A stretch of 64,000 bases of DNA from Candidatus Poriferisocius sp. Its GTDB lineage: Bacteria > Actinomycetota > Acidimicrobiia > Acidimicrobiales > Bin134. The notes beneath the pieces were generated by a model that was not told the DNA's origin, did not search any database, and was given only the letters and a program-made list of their open reading frames with translations. The stretch lies in NCBI RefSeq assembly GCF_965202595.1, contig NZ_OZ241836.1:215095-279094 (forward strand), written 5' to 3'. Shown here piece after piece: positions 1 through 9,610 of this stretch. The position numbers were made by a program, and so were the translations under genes. Each line of letters begins with the position of its first letter. The first letter of the stretch is position 1.

Positions 1-258
1 CGGCCGGCCCCGCCGCCGCTTGCTGGTCAGCACCTTGCCGTTGCGGAACAGTTGACCACCCCACACTCCCCACGGCTCGCGCCGGGTGATGGCACCCTCC
101 AAGCACTGGGCCATCACCGGGCACCGGGCGCAGATGGCCTTGGCCTGCGAGATGTGCTGGAGTTCGTCGGAGAAGAAAATCTCCCCCAGTGAGGCGTCGT
201 CGGTGCGGCATGCGGCATCGAGCCTCCAGGGTGCGTTCTCGAAAAGCAGCGCCTCCAT
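1..258 (-). CDS. WhiB-family Fe-S transcriptional regulator; C-terminus runs off the window edge
   Basis: Not in the ORF track because it is truncated. Manual reverse translation from ATG 258-256 (AGGAG 6 nt upstream) gives MEALLFENAPWRLDAACRTDDASLGEIFFSDELQHISQAKAICARCPVMAQCLEGAITRREPWGVWGGQLFRNGKVLTSKRRRGRP. Four Cys (C-x25-C-x2-C-x5-C), the GVWGG turn and the basic tail are Wbl hallmarks. Confidence 0.85.
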   Translation of the reverse strand, partial: MEALLFENAPWRLDAACRTDDASLGEIFFSDELQHISQAKAICARCPVMAQCLEGAITRREPWGVWGGQLFRNGKVLTSKRRRGRP

Positions 259-580
259 GGACTTCTCCTTTCGGGGCGGTGGGATTGTTCGTCCCCATCG
301 GTTGGGATGGGGGCGGTCGTAAATTGAAAAAGCCGCCGGATTGTTCCGGCGGCCTGGAGGAAATTTGATCCTTGTAGGTGCTCTACGTGGATCCTCCCCG
401 AGACCTGATGCCGGTAGTCTTGTGACCGAACGTTCCCGGTGTGGGGTTGATGGCCCAGAAATACTGGCTGACACGGGCTATTTCAGGCATTGCTACGCGC
501 GCGTCGCGGCTGGAGCAGCCGGTAGCGAGGAAGCTCTTGCTGAACATGCCCAATACTCAACAGCCTATGAGCCGCGATGT

Positions 581-694
581 CAACTCATTTCCCGATCTGG
601 TTGTGCCGGTCGGCCTGGTTTGCCCGATCAACTCATTTCCCGATCGGCCTGGTTTGCCCGGTTTGCGCGATCGGTCTGATCTGGTTGTGCCGGT
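581..694 (-). repeat. Imperfect 48-bp duplication covering the 3' end and stop codon of the MBL-fold gene
   Basis: caactcatttcccgatc at 581 and 629; cggcctggtttgcccg at 611 and 645; gatctggttgtgccggt at 594 and 678. On the minus strand, GAAATGAGTTGA (with stop) occurs twice, 48 nt apart and in the same frame. Confidence 0.8.
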
Positions 695-1782
695 TCGAGC
701 TCGAAGGTCACCAGGCCATCGGGGGTGATGTCCCTGTGGGCCTCGCCGATCACGTTCAGATGCACGAGATGGGCGAAGGTCTCGCTGGCGGCCATGTCAC
801 CCCAGGCCCGTTCGCTGAACAGCACTCGCATGTAGTCCTCGACCGTGGCGCGGCCCAGCCGGGAGCCGGCCTGGCGCAGCACATCCAGACGTTCGTGATG
901 GTGCATGCAGATGTCGTCGGCCCTGGCCCCGATATCGGTGAACGGGTGCCCGTGGGCCGGCAGGGCCACGGTGGTGCTCCCCAGGGTATTCATCCGCTGC
1001 AAGGAGTCGAAGAACTCGGCCAGCGAGTCCTGGGTGTCGCTGCGCTTGTCGCTGCGGGTGTCGCTGCGCCCGGCAATATGGGGGGTGATGGTGGGCAGCA
1101 CGTGGTCGCCGGAGAACACCACCCCGTGAGCGGGGTCGTAGAGGCACAGGTGATCGCCGGTGTGGCCCGGAGTATGGAGCGCCACCCACTCCCGCCGGGC
1201 CAGGCGGATCATCTGACTGTCAACCACCGTCACGGTGGGGGTGGGGGTCCGGAACCAGCGGGCGTTGAAGTTGCCCATCCTGCGGAATCGCTGGATCTGT
1301 TCCCGGCGGGGCGGCGTTCGTCGGGTGCCCCAGGGGGTGGGTCGGCGGAAGGTCTCCTCGATTCGCTCCAGGATCTCCTCCTCCGACGCGCCGTCCTCGG
1401 CATCATGGGTTTCCGCGGCCTCCTCGCTATCCCACAGCGGGGCGAAGCTCTCGTGGGTCAAGATATCGGCCCCGGACTCCTCCCTCAGCCGCTCGGCCCC
1501 CCCGAAATGGTCGAAGTGGGAGTGGGTGATGATGGCGGTGTGGACATCGCCGATCTTGTAACCGGCCCGGTTCAGCCGGTCGACCAGGGCGTTCCAGGAG
1601 TCGGGGCCCGGTAGGCCGGGATCTACCACCGCCACCCCCCGCTCATCCTCCATGATGTAGCAGTTGACATGGCCCAGACCCGGCAGGTCCACCGGCAGCA
1701 TTGTGCGCAAAACCCCGGGTGCTACCTCGGCGATGTCGGTGGTGGCCTCCTCCTGCTCCTGCTTGCGGGGTTTGCCGGTCAT
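628..1782 (-). CDS. MBL-fold metallo-hydrolase
   Basis: 384-aa ORF with the HSHFDHFGG (HxHxDH) metallo-beta-lactamase motif. Its ATG overlaps the orn stop (ATGA at 1779-1782). Confidence 0.85.
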   Translation of the reverse strand: MTGKPRKQEQEEATTDIAEVAPGVLRTMLPVDLPGLGHVNCYIMEDERGVAVVDPGLPGPDSWNALVDRLNRAGYKIGDVHTAIITHSHFDHFGGAERLREESGADILTHESFAPLWDSEEAAETHDAEDGASEEEILERIEETFRRPTPWGTRRTPPRREQIQRFRRMGNFNARWFRTPTPTVTVVDSQMIRLARREWVALHTPGHTGDHLCLYDPAHGVVFSGDHVLPTITPHIAGRSDTRSDKRSDTQDSLAEFFDSLQRMNTLGSTTVALPAHGHPFTDIGARADDICMHHHERLDVLRQAGSRLGRATVEDYMRVLFSERAWGDMAASETFAHLVHLNVIGEAHRDITPDGLVTFELEPAQPDQTDRANRANQADREMS

Positions 1783-2363
1783 TGGCTGGTTCCTGCCTGT
1801 TCCTGCTTTTGAGGTTCGCCCGTTCCCGTTTGGGGGCGTAAAAAGTTGTCGCGGTAGTGGCGCAGCTCGGTCAGGCTCTCGCGGATGTCATCCAGGGCCC
1901 GATGGCCCTTGGCTTTTTTGGGGGCTCCCCGGTAAGCCGGCGGGTTCCACCGGCGGGCCAGCTCTTTGACGGTGGAGACATCTATTGAGCGATAGTGCAG
2001 GAAGTTCTCCACATCGGGAAGCTGGGCGGCCAGGAAGCGGCGGTCCACGCCGATGGAGTTGCCGCACAGCGGGACGGAGCGGGGTTTAGCTATGTGCATC
2101 TTGAAAAAGGCCAGGGTCATCTCACCGGCGGCTTCCAGGCTGAGTGTTGACGTTGTGATCTCCTCCAGTAGACCGCTTTTGGTGTGCATTTCCGCCACCA
2201 CTGGCTCCATGGATGCCAGAACTTCCGGGGGGGCCGACACCACCAGGTCGGGTCCTTCCGCCACCAGCTCCAGGTTGTCGTCGGTGATCAGGCTGGCGAT
2301 CTCCACGATCACGTCGCGGGTCGGGTCCAACCCTGTCATCTCCAGGTCGATCCATGCCAGCAT
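1779..2363 (-). CDS. orn: Oligoribonuclease
   Basis: 194-aa ORF. The N-terminus [22 protein letters not shown] is the DEDD exonuclease motif typical of Orn. Confidence 0.9.
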   Translation of the reverse strand: MLAWIDLEMTGLDPTRDVIVEIASLITDDNLELVAEGPDLVVSAPPEVLASMEPVVAEMHTKSGLLEEITTSTLSLEAAGEMTLAFFKMHIAKPRSVPLCGNSIGVDRRFLAAQLPDVENFLHYRSIDVSTVKELARRWNPPAYRGAPKKAKGHRALDDIRESLTELRHYRDNFLRPQTGTGEPQKQEQAGTSQ

Positions 2364-2869
2364 CCCGGGTTGACCCTAGAGCCTGGCCGGAGCCGAACCT
2401 GAGTCGGCGGGATTTAGCTAACCTCACCGCCGTGTTGGAGATACCCATTGTTCGCAGCAATCCCGATCTGCCTCTTCCCCGCTACGCCAACGAGGGCGAT
2501 GCCGGTGCCGACCTGGTGGCTTGTGAGGATGTGGAGTTGGCCCCGGGTGGGGGCCGGGGCCTCGTGCCCACCGGAACGTTCATTGCCATTCCCGAGGGCT
2601 ACGCCGGGTTCGTGCAGCCCCGAAGCGGTCTGGCCCTGCGTCACGGCGTTACCTGCTTGAACACTCCGGGGCTGATCGATTCCGGCTACCGGGGGGAGCT
2701 GAGGGTTCTGCTGGTCAACACCGATCCGACCGAGCCGTTCACCGTCCGCCGCGGCGAGCGGATCGCCCAGCTCGTGCTGCAAAAAGTGGAGCAGGCCAGC
2801 TTTGTCGAGGTGGAGGAACTGCCCCCGTCGTCACGAGGTTCGGGCGGGTTCGGTTCCACCGGCCGTTGA
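2354..2869 (+). CDS. dut: dUTP diphosphatase
   Basis: [24 protein letters not shown] and the C-terminal [10 protein letters not shown] are dUTPase motifs. Coordinates give the maximal ORF. GTG 2432 is a more likely start because it avoids a 5' overlap with divergent orn. Confidence 0.9.
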   Translation: MPASRVDPRAWPEPNLSRRDLANLTAVLEIPIVRSNPDLPLPRYANEGDAGADLVACEDVELAPGGGRGLVPTGTFIAIPEGYAGFVQPRSGLALRHGVTCLNTPGLIDSGYRGELRVLLVNTDPTEPFTVRRGERIAQLVLQKVEQASFVEVEELPPSSRGSGGFGSTGR

Positions 2870-3310
2870 GGTTGTGGTTTTTGCGGGTGCAGGCGTTGAG
2901 GTTGTGGTTTTTGCGGTTGCGACTGTTGAGGTTGGTTGCGGGATGCAACCTGTGGTTTTCTGAAGCCAGAGGCGATGCCGGTCCGGGTCCAACTTCCATG
3001 AGTCCACCCGTAATCCGACCGTGGCCTCGAACCAGTCGATCCTGCCGGGGCGGATCGGGAAGTTGGGTTCAGGGTTGATCCGGGCCTGGATGGTCATGAT
3101 CCCGGCCTTGCCCCGATAGCTGAGGGTAATCGAGTCGCCGCTCCGCTCCGGATCCAGCAGCAGCACCATCGTTGCCTCCATGACCAGGCTCAGGTCGGAT
3201 ACCTCACCGGTAGCGAATCCCAGCAGTCGAGCAATGTGGGTGGCCGGGGTGCGAGCCATGGTGCTGTACTCGGGGGCCGCAGGCAACCGGACTCGCACGT
3301 CACCGTTCAC
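2831..3310 (-). CDS. Hypothetical protein with a Thr/Ala-rich repeat tail
   Basis: 159-aa ORF with good GC3 bias. I recognise no family with confidence. Confidence 0.4.
   Translation of the reverse strand: MNGDVRVRLPAAPEYSTMARTPATHIARLLGFATGEVSDLSLVMEATMVLLLDPERSGDSITLSYRGKAGIMTIQARINPEPNFPIRPGRIDWFEATVGLRVDSWKLDPDRHRLWLQKTTGCIPQPTSTVATAKTTTSTPAPAKTTTSTAGGTEPARTS
2864..2945. repeat. 30-bp tandem repeat (about 2.7 copies) starting at the dut stop codon
   Basis: cgttgaggttgtggtttttgcgg at 2864 and 2894, with a degenerate copy at 2924. On the minus strand it encodes the AKTTTST tail of ORF 2831..3310. Confidence 0.8.
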
Positions 3311-3372
3311 GGTTTTGAGTTTGCCACCTTTGTTGGGGGTTGTGGCGGGTTTTTTGTGGGGGGTACTTGCGC

Positions 3373-3387
3373 GGGGGGGGGGGGGGG
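3373..3387. repeat. Homopolymeric G15 tract in the divergent promoter region upstream of the Fn3 giant gene
   Basis: Counted directly: G at positions 3373-3387, 80 nt upstream of the GTG/ATG at 3467. Confidence 0.9.
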
Positions 3388-3466
3388 TGTGTGAGAGTGT
3401 AGTGGAGTAGTTATTCGTTTTGGCTGGGGCTTTGGGGTTCTGGTCGTTTCAGGAAAGGGTGGCTTC

Positions 3467-6400
3467 GTGATGGTTGACCGGTTTGGTTTCGGTTGGGTGG
3501 GGTTGCGCCGGTTTGGTGGGCCTCTGGTTGTTTTGGTGTTGTTGGGGTCGGTGTTGGTTTCGGTGGGGGGTGTGGTTGCGCAGGGGGGTGTGCCGGCGTA
3601 TCCGTTGTCGCCGAAGGTGGAGGTGTTGGGTGGTGGTCAGGTTCGGTTGTCGTGGGAATCACCGGGGTCGGGTGAGGTGCGTTATGAGTACATGTTTTCG
3701 CAATCGACTGATGCTGGGACCACGTGGGTTCCGCCGGTGGACAGGGTGGTGGATACTTCTACGGGGTTAGCGCCTGTTTCGGGGGATCGTAGTGGGGTTG
3801 TGTGGCGGCCGGTGCCCGGGGGTGGGGGTGCTCGGTCGGTGGTGGTGTCGGGTTTGACGGTTGGTAGCAGGTACCGGTTCTGGGTGCGGGCGGTGAACGC
3901 TGCGGGAGCGGGCAAAATTCGGGGTATTGGTCGGTCGGATGGGTATTTGATGTCTGGTGTTGCGCCGGTGCCGGCGGCTTTGCGGGCGGTTCCTGGGGAT
4001 TCCCAGGTGGAGTTGAAGTGGACCAAGGCTCGGGGTGAGGTGGTGGGGTCGGGGTTTGCTACTATTTTGCGGTACGAGTACGCGATCAAACAAGGTGATG
4101 GGGGTTGGTCGGCGTGGTCGCCGATACCGGATTTGATTTCGAACAATGCGGTTGTGGCGGCTGAGGATCGCGAGTCGTTCACGGTCACGGGTTTGACCAA
4201 CGATGTTGGGTATTCGTTCCGGGTGCGGGCGGTCAACAAGCATGGCAACGGTGCCACCGGTATGGTGGGGCCGGTGGTGGTAGCAGGCGTGCCGGGGGCT
4301 CCTCGTGGGTTTGTGGTGATGCCGGGGGATAAGTCGGCGTTGTTGTCGTGGCAGCCGCCGGGGGTGGTTGGCTCGCCGATAACGGGTTGGGAAGTCCGGT
4401 GGACGAGTTCGGGTTACAGCGATCTGGGTAGCGCGGCGTGGCAGAGGGTTCCTGGTGGGGCCGGGGCCAGGTCTTATTATGTGAGTGGTTTGGATAATAC
4501 CAAGAGTCATTTGTTTGAGGTGCGGGCTGTCAACGCGTTGGGTGGGGGTTTGGGGGCGCGTTCCGGGTTCGTGTATTTGGGTGCGCTGCTGGAGGTGCCT
4601 GGTGGGTTTAAGACGAGGAAGGTGATGGAGTCGTCGGTGACATTGGGGTGGGACCAGCCGGCTAATTTAGTTAGTGGTGGTGGTAGTGAGGGGTTTCGGC
4701 GTTATGAGTATTCGGTGTGGGCTGGTGATGGTGATTGGGGTGGTTGGGTGGCGATACCGGGTGACTACGCGACTAGTTCGTTCACGGTTCCGGGTTTGAT
4801 GGCGGGCACCGGGTACCGGTTCAGGTTGCGGGCGGTGAATAGTGTGGGTGCGGGTGCGGTGGCTGAGACGGGTGTTGTTTATCCGGGTACGGTGCCGCCG
4901 GCGCCGGCGGTGGTTGCGGAGGTGGTGTCGGATTACACTATAGGGTTGCATCAGGTGGTTTTGTCGTGGACGGGTTCCGATGGTGGTTCCCCGGTGACGA
5001 AGTGGCAGTTGAAACATGCGACAACGGTGGACGGGTTGACCAGCGCGTCGTGGCATGATTTGTGTGATAACACAGCGGGGGCGGATCCGACCTGTGGGGG
5101 GTTGTTGACGGTGACGCTGCCCAGGAATCGGACTTTTGATTACAAGAATGCAACTAGCTGTTTGGTTGTGTTGTGTGTGGGGAGTTTGAAGGTGGGGGAT
5201 CATTATTTCGTGTTGCGGGCGCAGAATGCCAGGGGTGTGGGTTTGGAGTCTGGGGTTGTGAGGGTGAATATCGCCAAGGGTGTTCCCTCTATGGCGACGA
5301 CGGCGGTTTTGAGGGGTTATACTGATGATCCCCGCACCAATGGTCGCCCTCACATGGGGGTAAGCTCTCCTGTGAGTTATCTTCATGGTGGTAAGCGTTT
5401 GCGGTTTGAGTATTCGTGGAAGGTCGGTGATGGGCCGTGGAGTGGATGGGCTACTCAACAGGGTAGCTTGAGTAGAGCTACCGAGACTTTCGATGAGGTC
5501 ACTTTCCGGGTTGGGGAGACTTACACGTTCAGGACCCGGACGGTGTCTGATTTGGGGGCGGGTTATGCGGTCGAGTCGGAACCGTTTGTGTTCGGGGCTC
5601 CGCCTTTGCCCGGTGCTGATGGTTGGACGGGTTTTGCTTTGACGCGTCCGGAAGTGTTGGCGGTGCCGGGTAATGGTCAGGTGAAGTTGAACATCGTCCG
5701 ACCCAAAGCGACGCTTGTAAGACGTGCTGATGGGTTTGTGGTTGGTTATGAGAATGCTTTCACCGATACCGATGGTACTTATGATGACACGGTTTGGGAG
5801 TATTCGTATCGTCCCGCCGGGGGTGAGTGGTCGCCGTGGGCGGTGTCCAATACGGGTCAAAGGTTCGCTGATCGGGCTGGGAACAGCGCCGATGTGGCTG
5901 GCGATGGGATCACGGTGTCGGGTTTGCGCAATGGGGTGGCTTATGAGTTCCGGGTTAGGGCGCTGAACCGGCACGGTACCGGTTGGTTGGTGGGTCCGGT
6001 GTTGTATTCCAACGGTGCCGGTTTGTACAACAAAGCCGGCGATGTTTACCCCGACAGGGTAGCCATACCAGGTGTGGCACCCCCCGCCCCCGCAGGGTTG
6101 ACGGCTGTTGGTGGTGATGGTCAGGTAACGCTGTCGTGGATGTCGGTGGGTTCGGGGGGTCCGCCGATCATCCGCTGGGAGTACATAAAACAGGAACGAA
6201 CCGCGGGTAGTACAACGTTCGGTGATTGGGATGGAAATTGGACTCCGGTTCCGGGTTCGGGGCCGTCTACGACTTCGGCGGTGATAAAGGGTTTGACCAA
6301 CGGCTCGACGTACCGGTTCCGCCTGCGGGCGGTGAACGCTTTGATGGCCTTCGACAGCGAGGGTGTTTTGGAGACTGTGACTACCTCTGTCAACAAGGGT

Positions 6401-7660
6401 GCGCAGGCGCAGTCGTTGCCGGTTACCCCTGGCAATACGCCCACTGCGCCTCGCCAGGTGCGGGTGGTGCCCGGTGATGGTGAGGTGAGGGTCTCTTTGT
6501 TGGCCCCGCAGAGTGGTTCTACGGTTTTGGGTTACGAGGTTCGGACGCGTCGCAGCGGTAGCAGCAGTTTTGATGCGTGGCAATCGCTGGGAGCTCGCAT
6601 CACCCCACCGGCCCGCCATTTGGCCGAATCAGTTGGTGTGCCGGTGCGGGGTTTGGTCAATGGGTTGGCCTATGACTTTGAGGTGCGGGCGGTGAACCAG
6701 TTCGGTGCCGGCCCCGCCGCAGGCGTGGTCGGCCCGGTAACACCAGTGGGCGCACCGACAGGCGGTTCGCTGCGAGCGGTTGCTGGTGATGGGCAGGTTT
6801 CGTTGTCGTGGGCTGCGGTGAACACGGGGGGTTCTGTGGTTACGGGTTGGCAGTACCGCATGAAAACCGATGGTGGGGGTTACGGTTCATGGACCGATGT
6901 CACCGGTGGAGCAGCAGCGCGCAGCCTGGTGGTGGATGGTTTGGGCAATGGGCGGGCCTATGCGTTTCAGGTGCGAGCCATAACCACCGATGTTCAGGTG
7001 ATTGGGGCGGCGTTCGAGTCCACCCCGGTCACCCCCTCAGCGGTGCCCCCCGCCCCCACAGTGAAAGCCACCGCTGCCAACACGATGCTTACTTTGAACT
7101 GGACCGCTGTTGATGGTGGGGCGGTGGGGGAGTCGTCGTGGGCTGCTGCGGTTACCGGGTGGCAGTACCGGATGAAAACCGGCACCGCTGGTTACGGGGC
7201 TTGGGTTGATGTGCCTGCCGCTACCACCACCCGCGACATCGATGGTCTCACCAACGGTGTTGCCTACACCTTTGAGGTCCGAGCGCTGAACAGGATTGGT
7301 GCTGGTACTGCCGTTACCGCCACGGCGACACCGGCGACGGTGCCTGATGCGCCGGCCGTTACCACCACGGCTGGTGACAAGACAGTGACAGTGAACTGGA
7401 CACCGGGTGGTGATGGGGGTTCTGTGGTGACGGGTTGGCAGTTGCGCACCGGCGATGCCGAGTGGGCCAACTACCCTGCGGGCACCACTTCGGTGCCGGT
7501 TCAGAATCTGACCAATGGCACTACCTACACCTTTCAGGTCAGAGCCCAAAACGATATGGGCAACGGTGCTGTTGGGGTTGCTACTGCAACCCCTGCTACC
7601 ACTCCCGCTGCACCCACGGTTACTACCATGCCTGGAGACGGCACCGTGACTTTGTCGTGA
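3467..7660 (+). CDS. Secreted multi-fibronectin-type-III repeat surface protein, N-terminal 1,397 codons, ending at an in-frame TGA
   Basis: N-terminal signal/anchor (LVVLVLLGSVLVSVGGVVAQG), then more than 12 repeats of roughly 90-100 aa with the pattern VxLxW...GGSPITGW.Y......W..V......Y.V.GL.NG..Y.F.VRA.N..G.G. Confidence 0.85.
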   Translation: MMVDRFGFGWVGLRRFGGPLVVLVLLGSVLVSVGGVVAQGGVPAYPLSPKVEVLGGGQVRLSWESPGSGEVRYEYMFSQSTDAGTTWVPPVDRVVDTSTGLAPVSGDRSGVVWRPVPGGGGARSVVVSGLTVGSRYRFWVRAVNAAGAGKIRGIGRSDGYLMSGVAPVPAALRAVPGDSQVELKWTKARGEVVGSGFATILRYEYAIKQGDGGWSAWSPIPDLISNNAVVAAEDRESFTVTGLTNDVGYSFRVRAVNKHGNGATGMVGPVVVAGVPGAPRGFVVMPGDKSALLSWQPPGVVGSPITGWEVRWTSSGYSDLGSAAWQRVPGGAGARSYYVSGLDNTKSHLFEVRAVNALGGGLGARSGFVYLGALLEVPGGFKTRKVMESSVTLGWDQPANLVSGGGSEGFRRYEYSVWAGDGDWGGWVAIPGDYATSSFTVPGLMAGTGYRFRLRAVNSVGAGAVAETGVVYPGTVPPAPAVVAEVVSDYTIGLHQVVLSWTGSDGGSPVTKWQLKHATTVDGLTSASWHDLCDNTAGADPTCGGLLTVTLPRNRTFDYKNATSCLVVLCVGSLKVGDHYFVLRAQNARGVGLESGVVRVNIAKGVPSMATTAVLRGYTDDPRTNGRPHMGVSSPVSYLHGGKRLRFEYSWKVGDGPWSGWATQQGSLSRATETFDEVTFRVGETYTFRTRTVSDLGAGYAVESEPFVFGAPPLPGADGWTGFALTRPEVLAVPGNGQVKLNIVRPKATLVRRADGFVVGYENAFTDTDGTYDDTVWEYSYRPAGGEWSPWAVSNTGQRFADRAGNSADVAGDGITVSGLRNGVAYEFRVRALNRHGTGWLVGPVLYSNGAGLYNKAGDVYPDRVAIPGVAPPAPAGLTAVGGDGQVTLSWMSVGSGGPPIIRWEYIKQERTAGSTTFGDWDGNWTPVPGSGPSTTSAVIKGLTNGSTYRFRLRAVNALMAFDSEGVLETVTTSVNKGAQAQSLPVTPGNTPTAPRQVRVVPGDGEVRVSLLAPQSGSTVLGYEVRTRRSGSSSFDAWQSLGARITPPARHLAESVGVPVRGLVNGLAYDFEVRAVNQFGAGPAAGVVGPVTPVGAPTGGSLRAVAGDGQVSLSWAAVNTGGSVVTGWQYRMKTDGGGYGSWTDVTGGAAARSLVVDGLGNGRAYAFQVRAITTDVQVIGAAFESTPVTPSAVPPAPTVKATAANTMLTLNWTAVDGGAVGESSWAAAVTGWQYRMKTGTAGYGAWVDVPAATTTRDIDGLTNGVAYTFEVRALNRIGAGTAVTATATPATVPDAPAVTTTAGDKTVTVNWTPGGDGGSVVTGWQLRTGDAEWANYPAGTTSVPVQNLTNGTTYTFQVRAQNDMGNGAVGVATATPATTPAAPTVTTMPGDGTVTLS

Positions 7661-7684
7661 ACACCGGGCACCGATGGGGGTTCG

Positions 7685-8776
7685 GTGGTGACGGGTTGGC
7701 ATTTGCGGGTTGATGATGGTGAGTGGGTGGATTTGACCGGGATGGGTTTGGGCGCTGATGCCACCTCGGTGCCGGTACCCAACCTGGTCAATGGCACCAG
7801 CTACACCTTCCACATACGAGCCCAAAACGCAATGGGTGCCGGTGCTGTGGCCTCGGTGTCGGCGACACCTGCTGCGGTACCGGCTGCTCCCAGCGTCACA
7901 GCGACGGCCACCGATGGGACCGTCACCGTCACTTGGATGGCGGGTGCCGATGGTGGTTCTGTGGTGACGGGTTGGCAGTGGCGCACACGGGTCGGGAGCG
8001 CCGGTTTCGGTGAGTGGGCCGATGTCGGTGCGGCCACGATGAGCACGGTCATAACCGGTACTAATACTGGTACCGGTCCGGTGACCTATACCTTTGAGGT
8101 GCGGGCCGTCAACGCAGTCGGTGCCGGTCCCGCGGGCACATCGTCCACCGTCACCTCCGGCGACGATGCTCCTGGTGGTGATACCCCCAGCGATGAGGTT
8201 TATTACTCCGGTCCGGTCACCGGTCCGAGTTTTTGTGCGGAGTTCTCTTTGGGTGGGGCCCGCTTGTTCGCTTTGGACAGCGATGGTGACGGGGTGGCCG
8301 ACACCTGCTCTTTGCCGTATACCCGGCGTGAGGCGATAGCCCGGAACAACGCGGTGATTACCCTGGCCAACCGGTATCCCGATTTGTACCGCCGACTCGT
8401 CAACGCCGAATGCGCCAACCAACCCGGTAGCGGGGCTTGTGGGGGTGATGAGTTGGCTGTGCCGGGGTTCCCGCCGCCCAATGACGGGGGCGCCTACTAC
8501 TCGGGGACCATCACCGGCCCCTCCTACTGCGCCAACCGCTCTTTGGGTGGGCCCACCACCTACCCGTTGGACAGCGATGGTGACGGTGTGGCCGATGTCT
8601 GCTCGTTGCCCTACACGCGGCGTGAGGCCATAGCCCGCCAAAAAGCCGGCGACACCCTGGCTGCCACCTACCGCGACGAGTACAGGGCCGCCCTTGCTGA
8701 GGAGTGCCGCCGCCTGGGTCGCGGCAACTATGGCGACAGCGTTGCCGATCTGAACAACGACATCTGCAACAACTAG
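7685..8776 (+). CDS. Continuation of the Fn3 repeat protein (same frame as 3467..7660) with a duplicated Cys/Asp-rich C-terminal module
   Basis: 7685-3467 is divisible by 3. The sequence right after the TGA (TPGTDGGSVVTGWHLR) continues the Fn3 repeat consensus. The C-terminus has 2 copies of DSDGDGVAD.CSLPYTRREAIAR. Confidence 0.8.
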   Translation: MVTGWHLRVDDGEWVDLTGMGLGADATSVPVPNLVNGTSYTFHIRAQNAMGAGAVASVSATPAAVPAAPSVTATATDGTVTVTWMAGADGGSVVTGWQWRTRVGSAGFGEWADVGAATMSTVITGTNTGTGPVTYTFEVRAVNAVGAGPAGTSSTVTSGDDAPGGDTPSDEVYYSGPVTGPSFCAEFSLGGARLFALDSDGDGVADTCSLPYTRREAIARNNAVITLANRYPDLYRRLVNAECANQPGSGACGGDELAVPGFPPPNDGGAYYSGTITGPSYCANRSLGGPTTYPLDSDGDGVADVCSLPYTRREAIARQKAGDTLAATYRDEYRAALAEECRRLGRGNYGDSVADLNNDICNN

Positions 8777-8827
8777 CCAACCAACCTCCACCGGCCCCTG
8801 CCGGGTAACCCGCCGGGGTAACCTGGT

Positions 8828-9610
8828 TTGGTGCTTCGTGTTGGCCTGATCGGCTGTGGTGCCATCGGATCGGTGGTGGCTCGGGAACTCTCGGCCGGAG
8901 CAGTTGGTGGGGTGGGGTTGACCGCGGTTTTGGATCCGGTCACTCAGCACCCGCTCAAGGTGGGTGATCTGGGTTCGCTGCTCTCCCTGTCGGATGTGGT
9001 GGTGGAGGCCGCCGGCCACGCCGCGCTCCGGGAGAACGGGGTGGCGGTGAGGGAGTCGGGTACCGATCTGCTGGTGGTGAGCATCGGTGCGTTGGCCGAT
9101 GAGGATCTTGAGGCCGAGTTGCGAGGAGCCGGGGGCGGTCACCTGTTCTTGAGTACCGGTGCCATCGGGGGCTTGGACATCCTGCGGGCGGCCATGCTCC
9201 TGGGGCCATTGGAGGAAGTGTTCATCACCAGCACCAAGCCTGCGGTGGCGCTGAGCCGGCCGTGGATGGATGCAGCCATGCGGGATGCTCTGGCCAGTGG
9301 GTCCGAGCCGGTCGAGGTGTTCAGCGGCACGGCCCGTGAGGCTTGTGGCCGCTTTCCCGAATCGGCCAACGTGACCGCCACCCTGGCGCTGGCCACCGTC
9401 GGTTTCGACCGGGTGCGGGTGCGCATAGTGGGCGACCCGGCAGTCACCGGAGTGCGTCATACCGTGGGCGCGGCGGGTGGGGCCGGCAGGTACGAGCTGT
9501 CGTTCGAGAACGCCGCTTCCCCCGGCAACCCTCGAACCAGCGCGGTCACCGCGTACTCGGTGCTTCGAGCCCTCGGCGACATTCGCCGCCCCGAGGTTTC
9601 ATTTCTCTGA
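8828..9610 (+). CDS. nadX: L-aspartate dehydrogenase
   Basis: 260 aa. VGLIGCGAIG Rossmann start, STGAIGGLD, FPESANVTATLALA and NPRTSAVTAYSVLRAL match the NadX pattern as I recall it from the Thermotoga enzyme. Confidence 0.8.
   Translation: MVLRVGLIGCGAIGSVVARELSAGAVGGVGLTAVLDPVTQHPLKVGDLGSLLSLSDVVVEAAGHAALRENGVAVRESGTDLLVVSIGALADEDLEAELRGAGGGHLFLSTGAIGGLDILRAAMLLGPLEEVFITSTKPAVALSRPWMDAAMRDALASGSEPVEVFSGTAREACGRFPESANVTATLALATVGFDRVRVRIVGDPAVTGVRHTVGAAGGAGRYELSFENAASPGNPRTSAVTAYSVLRALGDIRRPEVSFL

Noticed and set aside
7658-7660. The in-frame TGA in the Fn3 gene as selenocysteine or a reassigned codon.
   Set aside because: TGA is used as the normal stop by most genes in the window. The position aligns with conserved Trp (a one-base change from TGG). 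I saw no SECIS-like hairpin immediately downstream.
7037-9460. Very long antisense ORFs (for example 7037..9460 minus 807 aa, 4667..6619 minus 650 aa, 26858..29647 minus 929 aa, 29415..31865 minus 816 aa, 37022..38755 minus 577 aa, 12979..14706 minus 575 aa).
   Set aside because: These are typical shadow ORFs of high-GC DNA. Their proteins are Arg/Pro/Gly/His-rich with no recognisable motifs, and each lies opposite a gene with clear family signatures.
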